DNA from: Paramoeba atlantica
Lineage: Eukaryota; Protista; Discosea
Assembly (NCBI GenBank): GCA_977017575.1
Contig: CDRNVI010000014.1
Span: 372,001-436,000, forward strand
DNA: 64,000 bases
Direction: 5' to 3'
The notes beneath the pieces were generated by a model that saw nothing but the letters and a program-made list of their open reading frames with translations, made no database searches and was not told where the DNA came from. A program made the position numbers and the translations under genes. Position 1 is the first letter of the stretch, and each line of letters begins with the position of its first letter. Below, in pieces: positions 23,654 to 35,331 of the stretch.

Positions 23654-26299
23654 TTAATCTCTGCAGTTTACTGCATGATAATCAAAAGGGGCGGGAGCTG
23701 AAAGATATATTGGTCGCTCCGTTGCCATTTGCTTGGATTTAGTATACGCTGCTTCCCTAATTGGTTCGGAAGGAGTGATACCTAACCCGCCTTTCTTAAG
23801 AGGAAGCCGTGTCCATGAGATTTGTTTTTCTGTTAGTCCGCCAAACCATGAGGAAAGAGTGTTGGAAACTTCTCCGTCAAATTGTCTCGTGAGCTCCGAT
23901 GTATTTTCCGGATGATGTACGCGGATATGATATCGGTGGCGTACATTAATGCACTTGGAAAGCAAAAGAACAGAAACATTGTTTGCCCCCATTTGCTGAA
24001 GACGTCGGAATGCTGTACGGTGTTTTTGAAGCATCTGAACGAGTTTTTCGCTGACCAGATGACTGTCGCCCACGAATGCTCCTAGAACCTTTGTGGCGCC
24101 TGGCTCCCAGTTTACACCTTCCTGCATTAACTGATGCGGCAAATGGATATGATTGATTCCCCCGAACCAAATACATTTACTGGAGGAAGTCTCTACGCGT
24201 TTCGACGTCAACAGTTCCTTAAGCCGTAAGAATGCATTGGATACCATTTCTGCGTCAGTCGATGCAAAATTGATGTCATCAACGAATGCATAAATACGTA
24301 GCGTGGGAAATTCGGACGCGATTGTTTCCAAGATTGGTTGAAGAAAAGCGCAGAACAAGATAGTGGATAAGGGGGACCCTTGGCGCACGCCAGCAGCGCT
24401 CATTACAGTGTTGCAAAGTCGGCCATCTTTTCCATAGTAAAGCAGCTCGGATGGAGACCCGTACTCCGCATTGAAGAGGCGTAAGAATGGACGTAGGCTG
24501 TGGAATCCAAAGACTGCTCTGGCAATCTCGTCCCGTGATGGGGAGTTGAAGGCGTTCTTAAGGTCAATCGATAAGATGGCGCATCCTTCCGCGTAGCGTT
24601 CATCAAGTTCATGCACAACTTTTTCGCAGCCAGATTTAATCATCACTCCGAACTGATGTGGCGAAAACAGAGGGGGTAATGTTTTCTCGTGGCGCTGTAG
24701 TAATACAATTTCGGCGATTTTGAGCCACACCTCACCGACGGCAATCGGTCGAATTCCTTGCGCTGTTTTCGGAATTGCGACGAGTCGCGCTCTTTTAAGA
24801 CGCTTCATTACTTCTTCAGGCAGTACCCCGTTGATCAGGTCTGTGAACATATGAGTTAAGCTCAAACAGCAAACCTCATCGTCCAGGAGAATACGTAGTA
24901 TCGAGTCCGTCGTACCCGTAGGCCCCGGTGAAGCACCTTTCGCGAGTCGTCTGCCAGCCTCTCTCAGCTCGCTGGGGGTAATGCATGCGGTGATAGGGGC
25001 GTCTTGTGGCAATCGGAAACTCGTTGGGAGATTCGGGTGGAGTGCTATGAGTTTTTCCACGATTTCTTCGTCGCTTAGTGATTTCGCCGTAATTTCTCGG
25101 TCCATAATTTGCGAAGCTTTCGAGACACACCCGTCGAGGACCAGGCTTGTCGCCTTTTTAATAGCGCGTTTATCGTTCGCGTCAGCGTTCGGTACAGTTC
25201 CTTCTGATCTTTGTAATTCATGATTCTCTTGCGATGATTCTTGATCGTCATGTGAGTCCAATGGACGGCGACGGCGGCGCTTCACCGTAACTTTTCGAAT
25301 AGTTGCCAGAGAGTATTTCATGGCAGAGAGAACTCTATGCCAGATGCGGTAGCGGTGTGGATAAGAACTATCGGCATATTCCCGCATTATGTCGCGATAA
25401 ATCGCAACGACGCAAGGAATATATTCTGGAGACACTGTGCGTAATGTCGGCATCGGTTCGCGATCGAGATCGTCCTCAGTATGTTGTCGGCGCGAGTACG
25501 TTTTACTCGGTTCGCTATTCTGTTGTACGCGCGGTTCCCACAACAGTCGAAAGATGCGAACGTTGGAATGAGGGGGAATATGCCCATCAAACACCTCACC
25601 AATATTGTGTCCAATGATGCCTTCGTAACTTAAAGCTAGTTTTCGAACGTTTCGCACTTTCCGAGATGTTTTAACAGTGCCACTCGATACGTTTAGGATG
25701 GGCGTGCAGTCAAAGCTCCATGCTACCAGGCACCGATCCCCTGGCTTCGCGTTGTCAGACAATCTGGATACTTCGTCCGGGGGAATGGGAAAGTGAACAG
25801 CAGGATCAATTTCTTGACACATGGAGTTGGCAAGAATTGTCAACGACTCACTCGAAGATAGTGCCAGCGTCTTTGCTGAAGCAGTGTCGTCAGCGTTTCC
25901 TTCGCAGTCGAAAAATTGTTCTGGTTCTTCACTGTCGTTATGGTTATTGTTTTCCGACGGCGGGTTCTCGTGGTGTCCTTCCTCTTCTGCATCTTGTGGC
26001 ATTCTATCTGCTAAAACTGGTGCGTTTACCGTCGCTTTCTTGCCGCGTCGACAAAAAAGGTTCGAAAACAGGTCCTTCGAAAACAATTTCGCGGGTATTT
26101 TAACCGTTGCTTTGTTCGCTGGAGTTGGCGGGGGGAGCGGTGGAGGGAGAAGTGGGGTACGCGGCTGGGGGGTATGAGACTCAGTTGTGATACGCGACTC
26201 GATGACTTCCTCCGGAAGAGGCGACGTGTTACACGGCTCAGAAATTCTATGCGACTCGATGTCTTGTGCAGCGGGGAGTTTCGCTAGCCTTTCTTGGCG
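23654..26299 (-). pseudogene. CRE-clade group-1 ORF (N-terminal module plus RT), 3'-truncated against the HERO/NeSL-like 3' UTR
   Basis: IRPIAVGE, IDLKNAFN, GVRQGSPLS, FVDDI; no RLE. The ORF-track N-terminus (to 26413) is an artefact of the adjoining T-runs and inserted fragment. Confidence 0.85.
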
Positions 26300-26317
26300 T
26301 TTTTTTTTTTTTTTTTT

Positions 26318-26392
26318 GCCGAATAACGGGGTAAGACCGATAGCGATGGGTGACACAATGCTCAAAATAAGTGGCTCAATCCTGCTGCAACG
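26318..26392 (+). other. 75-bp inverted RT fragment between two T-runs
   Basis: Encodes PNNGVRPIAMGDTMLKISGSILLQR, close to the 5008..5667 ORF; T18 on the left and T11 on the right. Confidence 0.75.
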
Positions 26393-27173
26393 TTTTTTTT
26401 TTTCTTCTCTCAATTTTCGAAGAGAAACTATCTCCGTATAAAATAGAAAATATATAATATTTAGATGTCAACGGATATTATCTCTCAGCTATTTCACCAT
26501 TATAGAATATTTCTAAAATCTATTACTTGTCTTCGAGGTGCTCCCGAAGTTGGGAGTATACCACGAGGCCGTTGAAGTTTTGCAACAGTAGCTTGAACGA
26601 GAGTTCCGTCTCGCGGGCGTTCAGAAGACAAGCGTCTGCCAAGGCTCTGATCAGATTGCGTGTGTTCGCGTGTAGTGATCCGGAGGACAGAATCGGAATG
26701 CATTGGAACGATTCTTGGGCGATCATTCCCGTTGCGACGTAAGTTTCCATTTTGCGATGAATGACGTCACGGATCAATTGAGAGCTTTTCTTATTTATGT
26801 GGGAAGGTGTCATCTCGTGCACGACGGTAAGATCATAAAATATAGCTCCTGTGTCCCAGTATATCACAAGGTCTGGCCCAGATCGATGAAGGTGCCGTCC
26901 TGTACATATTTTGCTGTGCGTAGGTTGGCTTTCTCGGCTTACCACATTTCTACACGTAGTGCACGTCCAGTTACTGAATGCTCGAGGTTCACTCTCACAT
27001 GGTATCCCTGCGCGCATGCAAAGGTCGTGCAAGAATTTCACCAGCATGTTGTGCTTCACGGAGGCATTGATACCAGAGCATTGCGCACAGGGAACTACCC
27101 CGGCATCCTTCGCCGGAATAACAATCCTTCTAGGAAAAACGAGCAAACAAGCAAGCAAAGTAAGATGAATCAT
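26393..27173 (-). mobile_element. 5'-truncated group-1 element: RLE fragment, 3' UTR and poly(A)
   Basis: ORF 26523..27173 has RSGPDLVIYW..FYDLTVVH. The terminal motif TTCTCTCAATTTTCGAAGAGAAACTATC (26405) recurs at about 6864. Confidence 0.75.
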
Positions 27174-27515
27174 TGATGTTTTCAGGTTTCGAATAGACCA
27201 GCAAACTTTTCTAGGGTAAGCAGCATAAGTTTCTAAGATATAGCGATGCTCAACAGCAACAGCCTCCCATGAAACATCAACATCATACCAAGAATGATTG
27301 AGAAATTTATTTTTGGAGTTCTTTTACTGCTTCATACCACCTACAATAAGGTATATATATATATGTATATATGTTATGAAAATGCGCCAATTACTATCTC
27401 AAGTTCTGAAAAATCTATCCTGACTGCAGGCTTTAGAAGCTCTGCCCCTCTTTAGAAACTCTTTATATAGCGAACTGGAGCGCCCCCTTGTCCTTCTCAA
27501 GGTAATTCCGAAGTT

Positions 27516-28690
27516 GTGAATATAGTATGGCACCATTTCTCTTACTGTTATCTAAAAGCATCAATGTACGACATAAATTCCATCTTCGTGTGCACACGCC
27601 AGACGCGACAGAAGCGCTATGTAAGCAATTTGACGAGAAAGTTGAAGCAGTGCTGCAAACTTGGCTTGGAAAGCTATCCGAAAAACATTTATCATGGTGT
27701 CGCCTTCCGGTGAAACAGGGGGGTCTAGGGCTTGTTTCGTCCAACGAAATACGGACATCATTCTACAACGCTTCAAAACGCGTCTCTCTAGAGCATCTGA
27801 AAACCAATTCAGCTCGGGTGACGGGTGTGGAAGTGTGCAAGGTTGGTGAGGCAAGCGCATCTATAGAAGTGACGGAGGCCGTGGCTAACCAGCGCGCGCA
27901 CAAAGAGTTGTTGAAAGACAAGGACCTCTCACCACTAGTTCAAGTCTGCAGCGAAAAGGGCAATAATGACTGGCTCCAAGCAAAGTCAAGATACATCCCA
28001 TCCCCACAGTTCACGTTGATGATCATGGCTCGTCTAGGGTTGGCTCACAGCGAGATGCCCAATACAATACTGTGCCCCGGATGCAAAATGATACTCGAAG
28101 CGAAAAATGCGTTACCACACTTCCTGGGATGTGTGAAATGTTTTGGCTCAAATGCTACTACACGGCACAATGCCTTAGTTCGACACATATACGATCTGTG
28201 CCTGAAAGCTGGTCTCCCGTGCGAGCGAGAGCCTCGGCAGTTCTCGACATTTCGTTGTGTGAAGTGTGCAGAAACGGTGGCTGATGGCCAAAAACTACAT
28301 CATCAGAGGAAATGTGGCACACATTCGTTTCACCGCAGTGGACCTGACTTAGTTGTGTTCTGGGCGACAGGCGAAGTTTATTACGATCTCACAGTAGTCA
28401 ACGAACTTGCGAAATCACACTTGGGAAAAAAAGCGAGTCACCTATTACAAGAGGCTCAAAAAAAGAAAGTCGCAACATATGTGGACTCCAATTTAATTCC
28501 GCGCGAGCAATTCGTATGCCTACCGCTTTTGACAGGTGGTGCCATGAACAAGAGCACTATAAATTTCCTCCATAGCCTCGCGGATGCAAACGGATTCGAA
28601 CGCCGTCATATTCTTGAGGACTTCAAGTTGCTTCTTCAAGAATTGAATGGAGCTCTCCTGGCTTCGCAACTGCGAAAGATAATGCAATAA
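27516..28690 (+). mobile_element. Group-1 element 3' half (RT thumb, CCHC, RLE) in plus orientation, with an ATTACAAG-type repeat tail near 28705-28745
   Basis: RLPVKQGGLGL, CPGC..HFLGCVKC..RH, RSGPDLVVFW..YYDLTV. Confidence 0.8.
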
Positions 28691-28774
28691 AACAGGTCAT
28701 CTCATATTACAAGATGTTATTATTACAAGATTTTATTATTACAATCAGGTGTACGGCAAGGGTCCGCAAAAAAA

Positions 28775-30250
28775 AACAACAACAAGTGATCGATAAAGCC
28801 TAGCCATGACTTGTTTGGATAATTCACCATTTTGCTTCTGTAGCAAAAGTTGTAGCTCAAGCTGAAGCTGCTGTCGAGGTACGCTGCCCGCATCTGCGAG
28901 GGCCATTAACAGCGACTTCGTATTGAAATGGAGGGATCCACCAGAGAGGATGGGAATACATCTGAATTTTTCTTTCGCGATTTTATTTGTTGCGACATAA
29001 GTATCGTGTTTTCGTTTGATGGCGTCCCGGAATAGCTTATTGCATTTCGTTCCCAAATTTGAAGGCGCATATCAACAAAATAAAGTCTCCTAAATTTCTT
29101 ATCGTAAACTTATAGTATACTCCATGCGTTCCTAGATTCTAATATTCATTTATATGATGATGAGGCACCGAGAAATTTAGCGGCTTTAGCTTCTGTTGAA
29201 GTGTTTCCTCTTAGGAATACCCCATCTTGAGTAGCCACGACAATCTCAAGATGCTTCTTTTTTTGACTATTAAAAATATCTTTTTTTTTAAAGGTCTTAC
29301 AATAAGGTATATATATATGTATATATGTTATGAAAATGCGCCAATTACTATCTCAAGTTCTGAAAAATCTATCCTGACTGCAGGCTTTAGAAACTCTGCC
29401 CCTCTTTAGAAACTCTTTATATAGCGAACTGGAGCGCCCCCTTGTCCTTCTCAAGGTAATTCCGAAGTTGTGAATATAGTATGGCACCATTTTGCTCCTG
29501 TAGCAAAAGTTGTAGCTCAAGCTGAAGCTGCTGTCGAGGTACGCTTCCCGCATCTGCGAGGGCCATTAACAGCGACTTCGTATTGAAATGGAGGGATCCA
29601 CCAGAGAGGATGGGAATACATCTGAATTTTTCTTTCGCGATTTTATTTGTTGCGACATAAGTATCGTGTTTTCGTTTGATGGCGTCCCGGAATAGCTTAT
29701 TGCATTTCGTTCCCAAATTTGAAGGCGCTAATTCATGTACCACGGTGAAATCGTAATATATTTCTCCATCATTCCAGTAAATTACGAGATCTGGTCCAGA
29801 GCGGCGAAAAGATTTCCCTCCGCACACTTTACTATGTGTCTGCCTGTATTCCGGCCCGACTACTTCATTGCATTGCGTGCACCGATACGTTGAATATAGG
29901 CGCGGTTCCTTCTCACAAGGAATACCAGCTTTCAAGCTTAACTCATAGAGGAAATTCACTAGCGTGCTATGTTTCACGGTTGCGTTGAGCCCTGAGCCTT
30001 TTGTGCAGCCTGCTATGTGCGTCAGAATGGAACCGGATGTTAGTAGAACTTTGCATCCTGGGCATAACATTCGGGGTGGAAGTTCCGGATGAGTTAGACC
30101 TAGCCTAGGTAAAAGTGCCAGAGTGAATAGATGAGATGGCACAAACCGTGCGCTTGACATGATCCATGCGTAGTTTCCTTTATGCGTCGTTGCTTGCAAT
30201 ATAGAAGGCGCTAATTCATGTACCACGGTGAAATCGTAATATATTACCAC
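28775..30250 (-). mobile_element. Rearranged group-1 3' fragments (RLE) with internal duplications
   Basis: ORF 29417..30250 carries CCHC and RLE. 28775-29068 repeats part of it, 27330-27515 repeats its 3' end, and a ~40-bp direct repeat lies at about 29720 and 30203. Confidence 0.75.
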
Positions 30251-31061
30251 CTACCCAATTCGCATCCGGAATGTAGTCTCGAAGCTGGGACACCACCGTA
30301 TATGCTGAAAACTTCTCAATCTCAAGCTGAAAGGCATCACGTACGGTTTCGTATTTTTGGCCGGATCTTTGTGCTAGTGATTTCAGAAGGAACTTTGTAT
30401 CGTTGTGGAGGAGTCCGCAGTCTGACGCTGCTAGAGTCCTCAGGCTTCTTTTTCTGCATTATCACTTTGATTCGAGGCTTGCGGGGTGTCGGCAGCGGCA
30501 AGGGTAGTGGTGTCGGAGACGGCAATGGTGGTGGTAACACCGGGTCCGATCGCGGTGTATTCGTTTGGGGGGACGACGGCTCCCGCAATGTGAGGGGCGG
30601 AGGTGGCGACGGCGAAAGCGCTTCAGTCGGCGGAAGGGTCGTCGGCCCTCGAAATGCGAGCGGTGTAGGAGGCAACGAAGATCGCGGAGATGGCGGAGGC
30701 GTCGGCGCAGACGGCGGAGGTGAGGGTGCCCGAGGTTTTTTTTTTTTTTTTTATTGTGATTTCGCAGCTGCGACACGATCGATCTATCACTCGATCTATC
30801 AATCTATAACTTTTCTCTCTCCGTATCCCCCTAACGGGGACTCTGACTTTCTTCACTCACTTTTCAAATCGCGAGGAATTGGCTGGCCCGAATGTCGCTG
30901 CTTGTTGTCATCCGTTGAAGTCGTGGCGCAGAAAACCTCACGAGCGAATTCACAAATGGTCCGAGCAGAAAGAGATTTTAGAGGCTCAAGAACTATCTGC
31001 AAATCCACTGCCGAGAGATGCGGTCCGGTCCATCGAGAATACACCGATTTTCGTTTCCTGA

Positions 31062-32943
31062 GCCCATACAGCATGGGGTAATGCTGAAAGGTGGTTGCGA
31101 GCAAGTCGTCCACAAGCTGCACGCACTTTACAAGGAGGAGTACGCTATTCTATCAATCGACCTAAAAAACGCGTTCAACTCGCCTTCTCGTGACGACATT
31201 GCAAGATCCGTGTTTGCATTTCATACGCTAAAGCCTTTTCACAAGTTCTTCCACGCTGAATACGCAGAGCCCTCAGAAATGCTGTTCTATGGTTCTGATG
31301 GACAGCTTTTTGGGACCGTAAGCAGTACAGCTGGGGTACGACAGGGATCTTCTCTTTCAACGTTATACTTCTGTTCTTTTCTCCAACCACTGCTAGAAAC
31401 TCTGGCGCATGAGTTCCCTGAGCTACGCATTTACGCCTACATAGATGACGTCAATTTCGCATCGAAAGACGCTCAGCTCCTTTCGGATGCGTACCTTCGT
31501 CTAAATCAGCTTGTGTCCGAGAAGCATCTACAAATGGCGTACAACAAGTGTGTGTGGTTCACAGGCACAGCAAATATTGCTCTTCCGGAACAGCTTGCAT
31601 TGGATGGTGTCCAATCTGAAACCGAAGCGTGTAAGGTCCTGGGTGCGTATATAGGGCGGGACGAACGAGTCAGTGAGCGTCTTCTTCATAAATTGGAAAA
31701 ACATGGCACAATATTTCGACGACTAAAAAACATGGGTGCAAACAACATTTCGCTCCACTTGTTATCTAGATGCGTTAATGTACGACACGGCTATCACACT
31801 CGAGTGCACGGACCTGATGCGACTGAACAACTTACCGAGAAATTTGATGAAGCAGTCAATGATGTCCTGCAGTCATGGTTCGGGAAATTGTTAGCTAATC
31901 AGATTGCATGGGTTCGTCTTCCTGTCAAGTTGGGGGGGCTAGGGCTAACTCCAACCGTGCCAATCCGCGAGGCGGCGTATCGGAACTCCAAACGCGTTGC
32001 TCTTGAGCATTTTAACTTTGTTTCAGCTCGGGCAACCGTTGTGGTGTCACCTGCGCCTCTTGGGGAGGAGCACACTCCAGATGACGAAAGCACAACTGCA
32101 GCTATTCACCACAACCAAGTAAGAGAACGAATTCTACAAGATCCTGCACAAGCCAGGATAGTATCTGCCACTTGTGAAAAAGGAAACTACGACTGGCTCG
32201 TCTCCTCGTCTCGTCTGGTCCCATCTCATTTATTCACCCTTTCTGTTCTTCCCCGACTTGGTCTCCCACACCCCGACATACCGTGCAATCTCCAGTGCCC
32301 TGGCTGCAACATTCTCCTTGACTCTTCTTCAGCTCTGCGACACATCCCCGCGTGCACTAAATATACAGGAAACAATGCAACCACGAAACATAATGCCCTG
32401 GTTCGTCACGTACACGAGCTCGCGTTGAAGGCCGGCTTGCCATGTGAAAGAGAACCCCGCCAATTCACCTCATATCGATGTACGGCGTGCTCTGAAAGTT
32501 TTGCACCGCACCAAAAGCGCAATCATGAGCGAAAATGCGGAACAGGAAGGATACAACGCTCCGGACCCGACTTAGTAATATACTGGGCATCTGGCGAGAA
32601 ATATTACGATCTGACAATTGCTCATGAGTTAAGCCCCTCCAATCAAGGCAAGCGCGGCCATCGCTTGATGCAAGATGCGATCAAACGAAAGCAAGTAACG
32701 TACGTCAATTCGGGTTTAATACCGGGAAACAAATTTGAATGCCTTCCCTTGCTTTCCGGTGGAGCGCTGCATCGCAATACAGAAAATCTTCTCAAGACGC
32801 TGGCGGATAGGGGCCAACTTCCGCGTATGTCCGTGATTTCAGAATTCAAATTGTATCTACAGGAGTTAAACGGGGCAGCTGCCCACTCGCAGCTTCGGCA
32901 ATACCTTCCTCACAAGAACAGTGGGGAGGACTACGGGTTTTAA
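31062..32943 (+). mobile_element. 5'-truncated group-1 element (RT, CCHC, RLE in one open frame); 3' UTR ends in C8 plus A-run near 33011-33028
   Basis: IQHGV, IDLKNAFN, GVRQGSSLS, YIDDV, CPGC..HIPAC, RSGPDLVIYW..YYDLT. Confidence 0.88.
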
Positions 32944-33034
32944 AGGTTTTTCAAAAGTTCAAGGTCATAGTGGCTGGCAGATTTGGATGGAGAGGTAGGA
33001 TTTAGAGTTAACCCCCCCCAAAAAAAAAGATACT

Positions 33035-33859
33035 TTATGTGATTTGACGCACCGGTGTAGACGTTGGATCTATTGCTTTCCTGAGCAGAAAAGGATTTTT
33101 GGCGCTCGAAAGAAACGCAAACATGATGTTAACCCAACGTCCAATACTCAAACTCTGCGCAGCAGTTTTACGAATTGTACCTGTCGTCACGCACGTCGAC
33201 TTGTCCCTCGGCACTTCGACATCCGTTGAAATCATAGCGCAAAGAACCCCGCAAAGAATGATTTGGCACATGGTCCGAGCAGAAAGAGATTTTAAAGGCT
33301 CAAGAACTATTTGCGACACATCCGTTGCCGAGATATGCGAACCTTCCCCCCGAGAATACACCAACGCATTCTGTTTCCTGAGCAGAAAAGGACTTTTGGC
33401 GCTCGAAAGAAACATAAACTTGATGTCATTCCAATGACCGATCCACACAAATTGTGTAACAACTCCATGGATTTCGTCGAACAATTCCCACGTTGACGTG
33501 TCCGAAGGCACTCTACTTCCTCGAAATCCTCCGCGCACTCCGATCGTCGCTTGCGGCGCCCCAGCGCCCAGGTACATAAAAGTGAAGGTTGTCAGAATAA
33601 GAAAAGTCAGCACCCGAGGTGGCGATGGCGTCGATGGTGCGGGGGGTGGAGACTTCTTTGAGGGCGAAGCGGTCGGATGCGTCCCCACGACAGCGATGGT
33701 TGGAGGAGACTTTGGGGCAACAGGCGCTGTCTTTTTCCTGCGGCGAACGGGGGCGAGAGGCAAAATCACAGGAGCTACTCCTGTTTCCTTTGCCTTGGAG
33801 CGGGTGACCACTCCCATGAAGAAGTAAGAATAAGTAAAAAAAAAGCAACAAGTCAACAA
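33035..33859 (-). other. Unassigned Pro-rich ORF or relic segment, partly homologous to 30850-31060
   Basis: Both segments share QIVLEPLKSLSART on the minus strand (DNA motif ccgagcagaaagagatttt..ggctcaag). No recognisable domain. Confidence 0.3.
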
Positions 33860-34133
33860 GACGATACGATTTTAATTTTTCTGGGTACTGGCAATGGCAG
33901 TGGCAACTGATTATCTTTTTTTTTTACTCTTAGAGTTTAGGAAAGAATTGCTTGAAGAAAATATTTATTCTTTGACCGTGGCCCTACGGGGCACATATAC
34001 ATATATGTACCTGATTTTGCCCCCTCCGGGGGGAACCATGTAATTATACTTTTAGCATACTATACTATACATTATTTTACTCTAGTGACTTATAACCTTT
34101 TTCCACTCGCAAAAGGAAAGTTGCGATGACACA

Positions 34134-34803
34134 TTTTTTTTTTTTTTTTTTGCAATTAATAAGGGGGGAGAAGTATGAAACGCGGCATTGCCTCTATATT
34201 ACCCAATACATGAACCATGAAGGTCCATTGGGGGGGGTATATGATTTGTAAACAAGCAATCAAATTAGCAATTTCACATGTTGTAGCCCAAAACTAGTAA
34301 TTCAACCTGCCTTAAGTTATTTATGATTCTGATAACAATAATAATAAAAAAGGAAGCAATCCACGCCCAATCCATCCGCGCGTTCCGGACCGGGTCTTTC
34401 GACCTCTCCACGGCCTGACTTGTGAACCCTTCCCTTGCTATACGGGAGGGCGCAGGCGCGGGCCTGTGTCGACAGCGACACGGTCGCGAAACAGGATGCT
34501 GGCCGACGGGGAGGAGATTCACTGCCCGTGTACTACCTCACTTGGGGTACCTAGCCCTCGCGGGCTAGGCGTGAGTATAGACTCTGTCGACACAACCAAC
34601 ATCCGGACCAGAGGATGCAAGAGAGGATAGAAGCGGGTCCGTAGGTATATGTATAGGTCTATGTCGCTACCATTGGATCCGTTGGATCTGGCACGCAGAT
34701 ACGCGAAACCATCATTCTGGCTTGTGATCTCATTAACGCAACGTTCAGCTCCGTAAGGAGTTCATTTCGTGCTTGGCTGCGAGACATGAGTTCTTTCGAC
34801 GCC
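34134..34803 (-). mobile_element. Short 5'-truncated group-2 copy (last ~50 codons, 3' UTR, poly(A)); mosaic of subfamilies
   Basis: The ORF end translates as ASKELMSRSQARNELLTELNVALMRSQARMMVSRICVPDPTDPMVAT*. The structured core is A2/A3-like and the distal tail is B-like. Confidence 0.85.
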
Positions 34804-35331
34804 TTTTTTTTTTTTTTTTTTTGCAGATAATAGGGGGGGAAGAGTACGAGTTCAGACTTTATATATGTATGTACGGTATGACTTTCTCACTTACTTTCCT
34901 ACTTGCTCAACTTCTTTCCCTAACTTTCCCCCATTTTTAAAACGAGCAAAAAATATAACTAGCAAATACATGCTTTCCCATCTTACCCACTTCCCCTTAC
35001 CAATCTTACCAGCTTTCCAGGGAGGGTAAGGTCTCCCTCTGCTAGGAGGGACAGACTTTCCCCTAACCATTCGCGCGTTCCGGACCGGGTCTTTCGACCT
35101 CTCCCAGCTTGCCTTGTTAACCCTTCTCTTGTTGTACGAGAGGGCGCAAGCAATGGGCCTGTGCCGACAGCGGCACGGTCGCGGAGCATGATGCTGGCCG
35201 ACGGGGAGGGAACAAAGCTCCCAGCCCTTGTCTTACCTCACTTGGAGTACCTAGACCTGGCGGACTAGGCGTGAGCGTAGACCCTGTCGGCATCGACCGG
35301 CATCCGGACCGGCAGTTTGTGTCCCCACGGC

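Noticed and set aside
30218-31081. Gly-rich 287-aa plus-strand ORF, ORF 5656..6201, and the many 60-220 aa ORFs antisense to or overlapping RT genes
   Set aside because: They are by-products of GC-rich or repetitive sequence and conserved sense-strand coding, with no recognisable domains.
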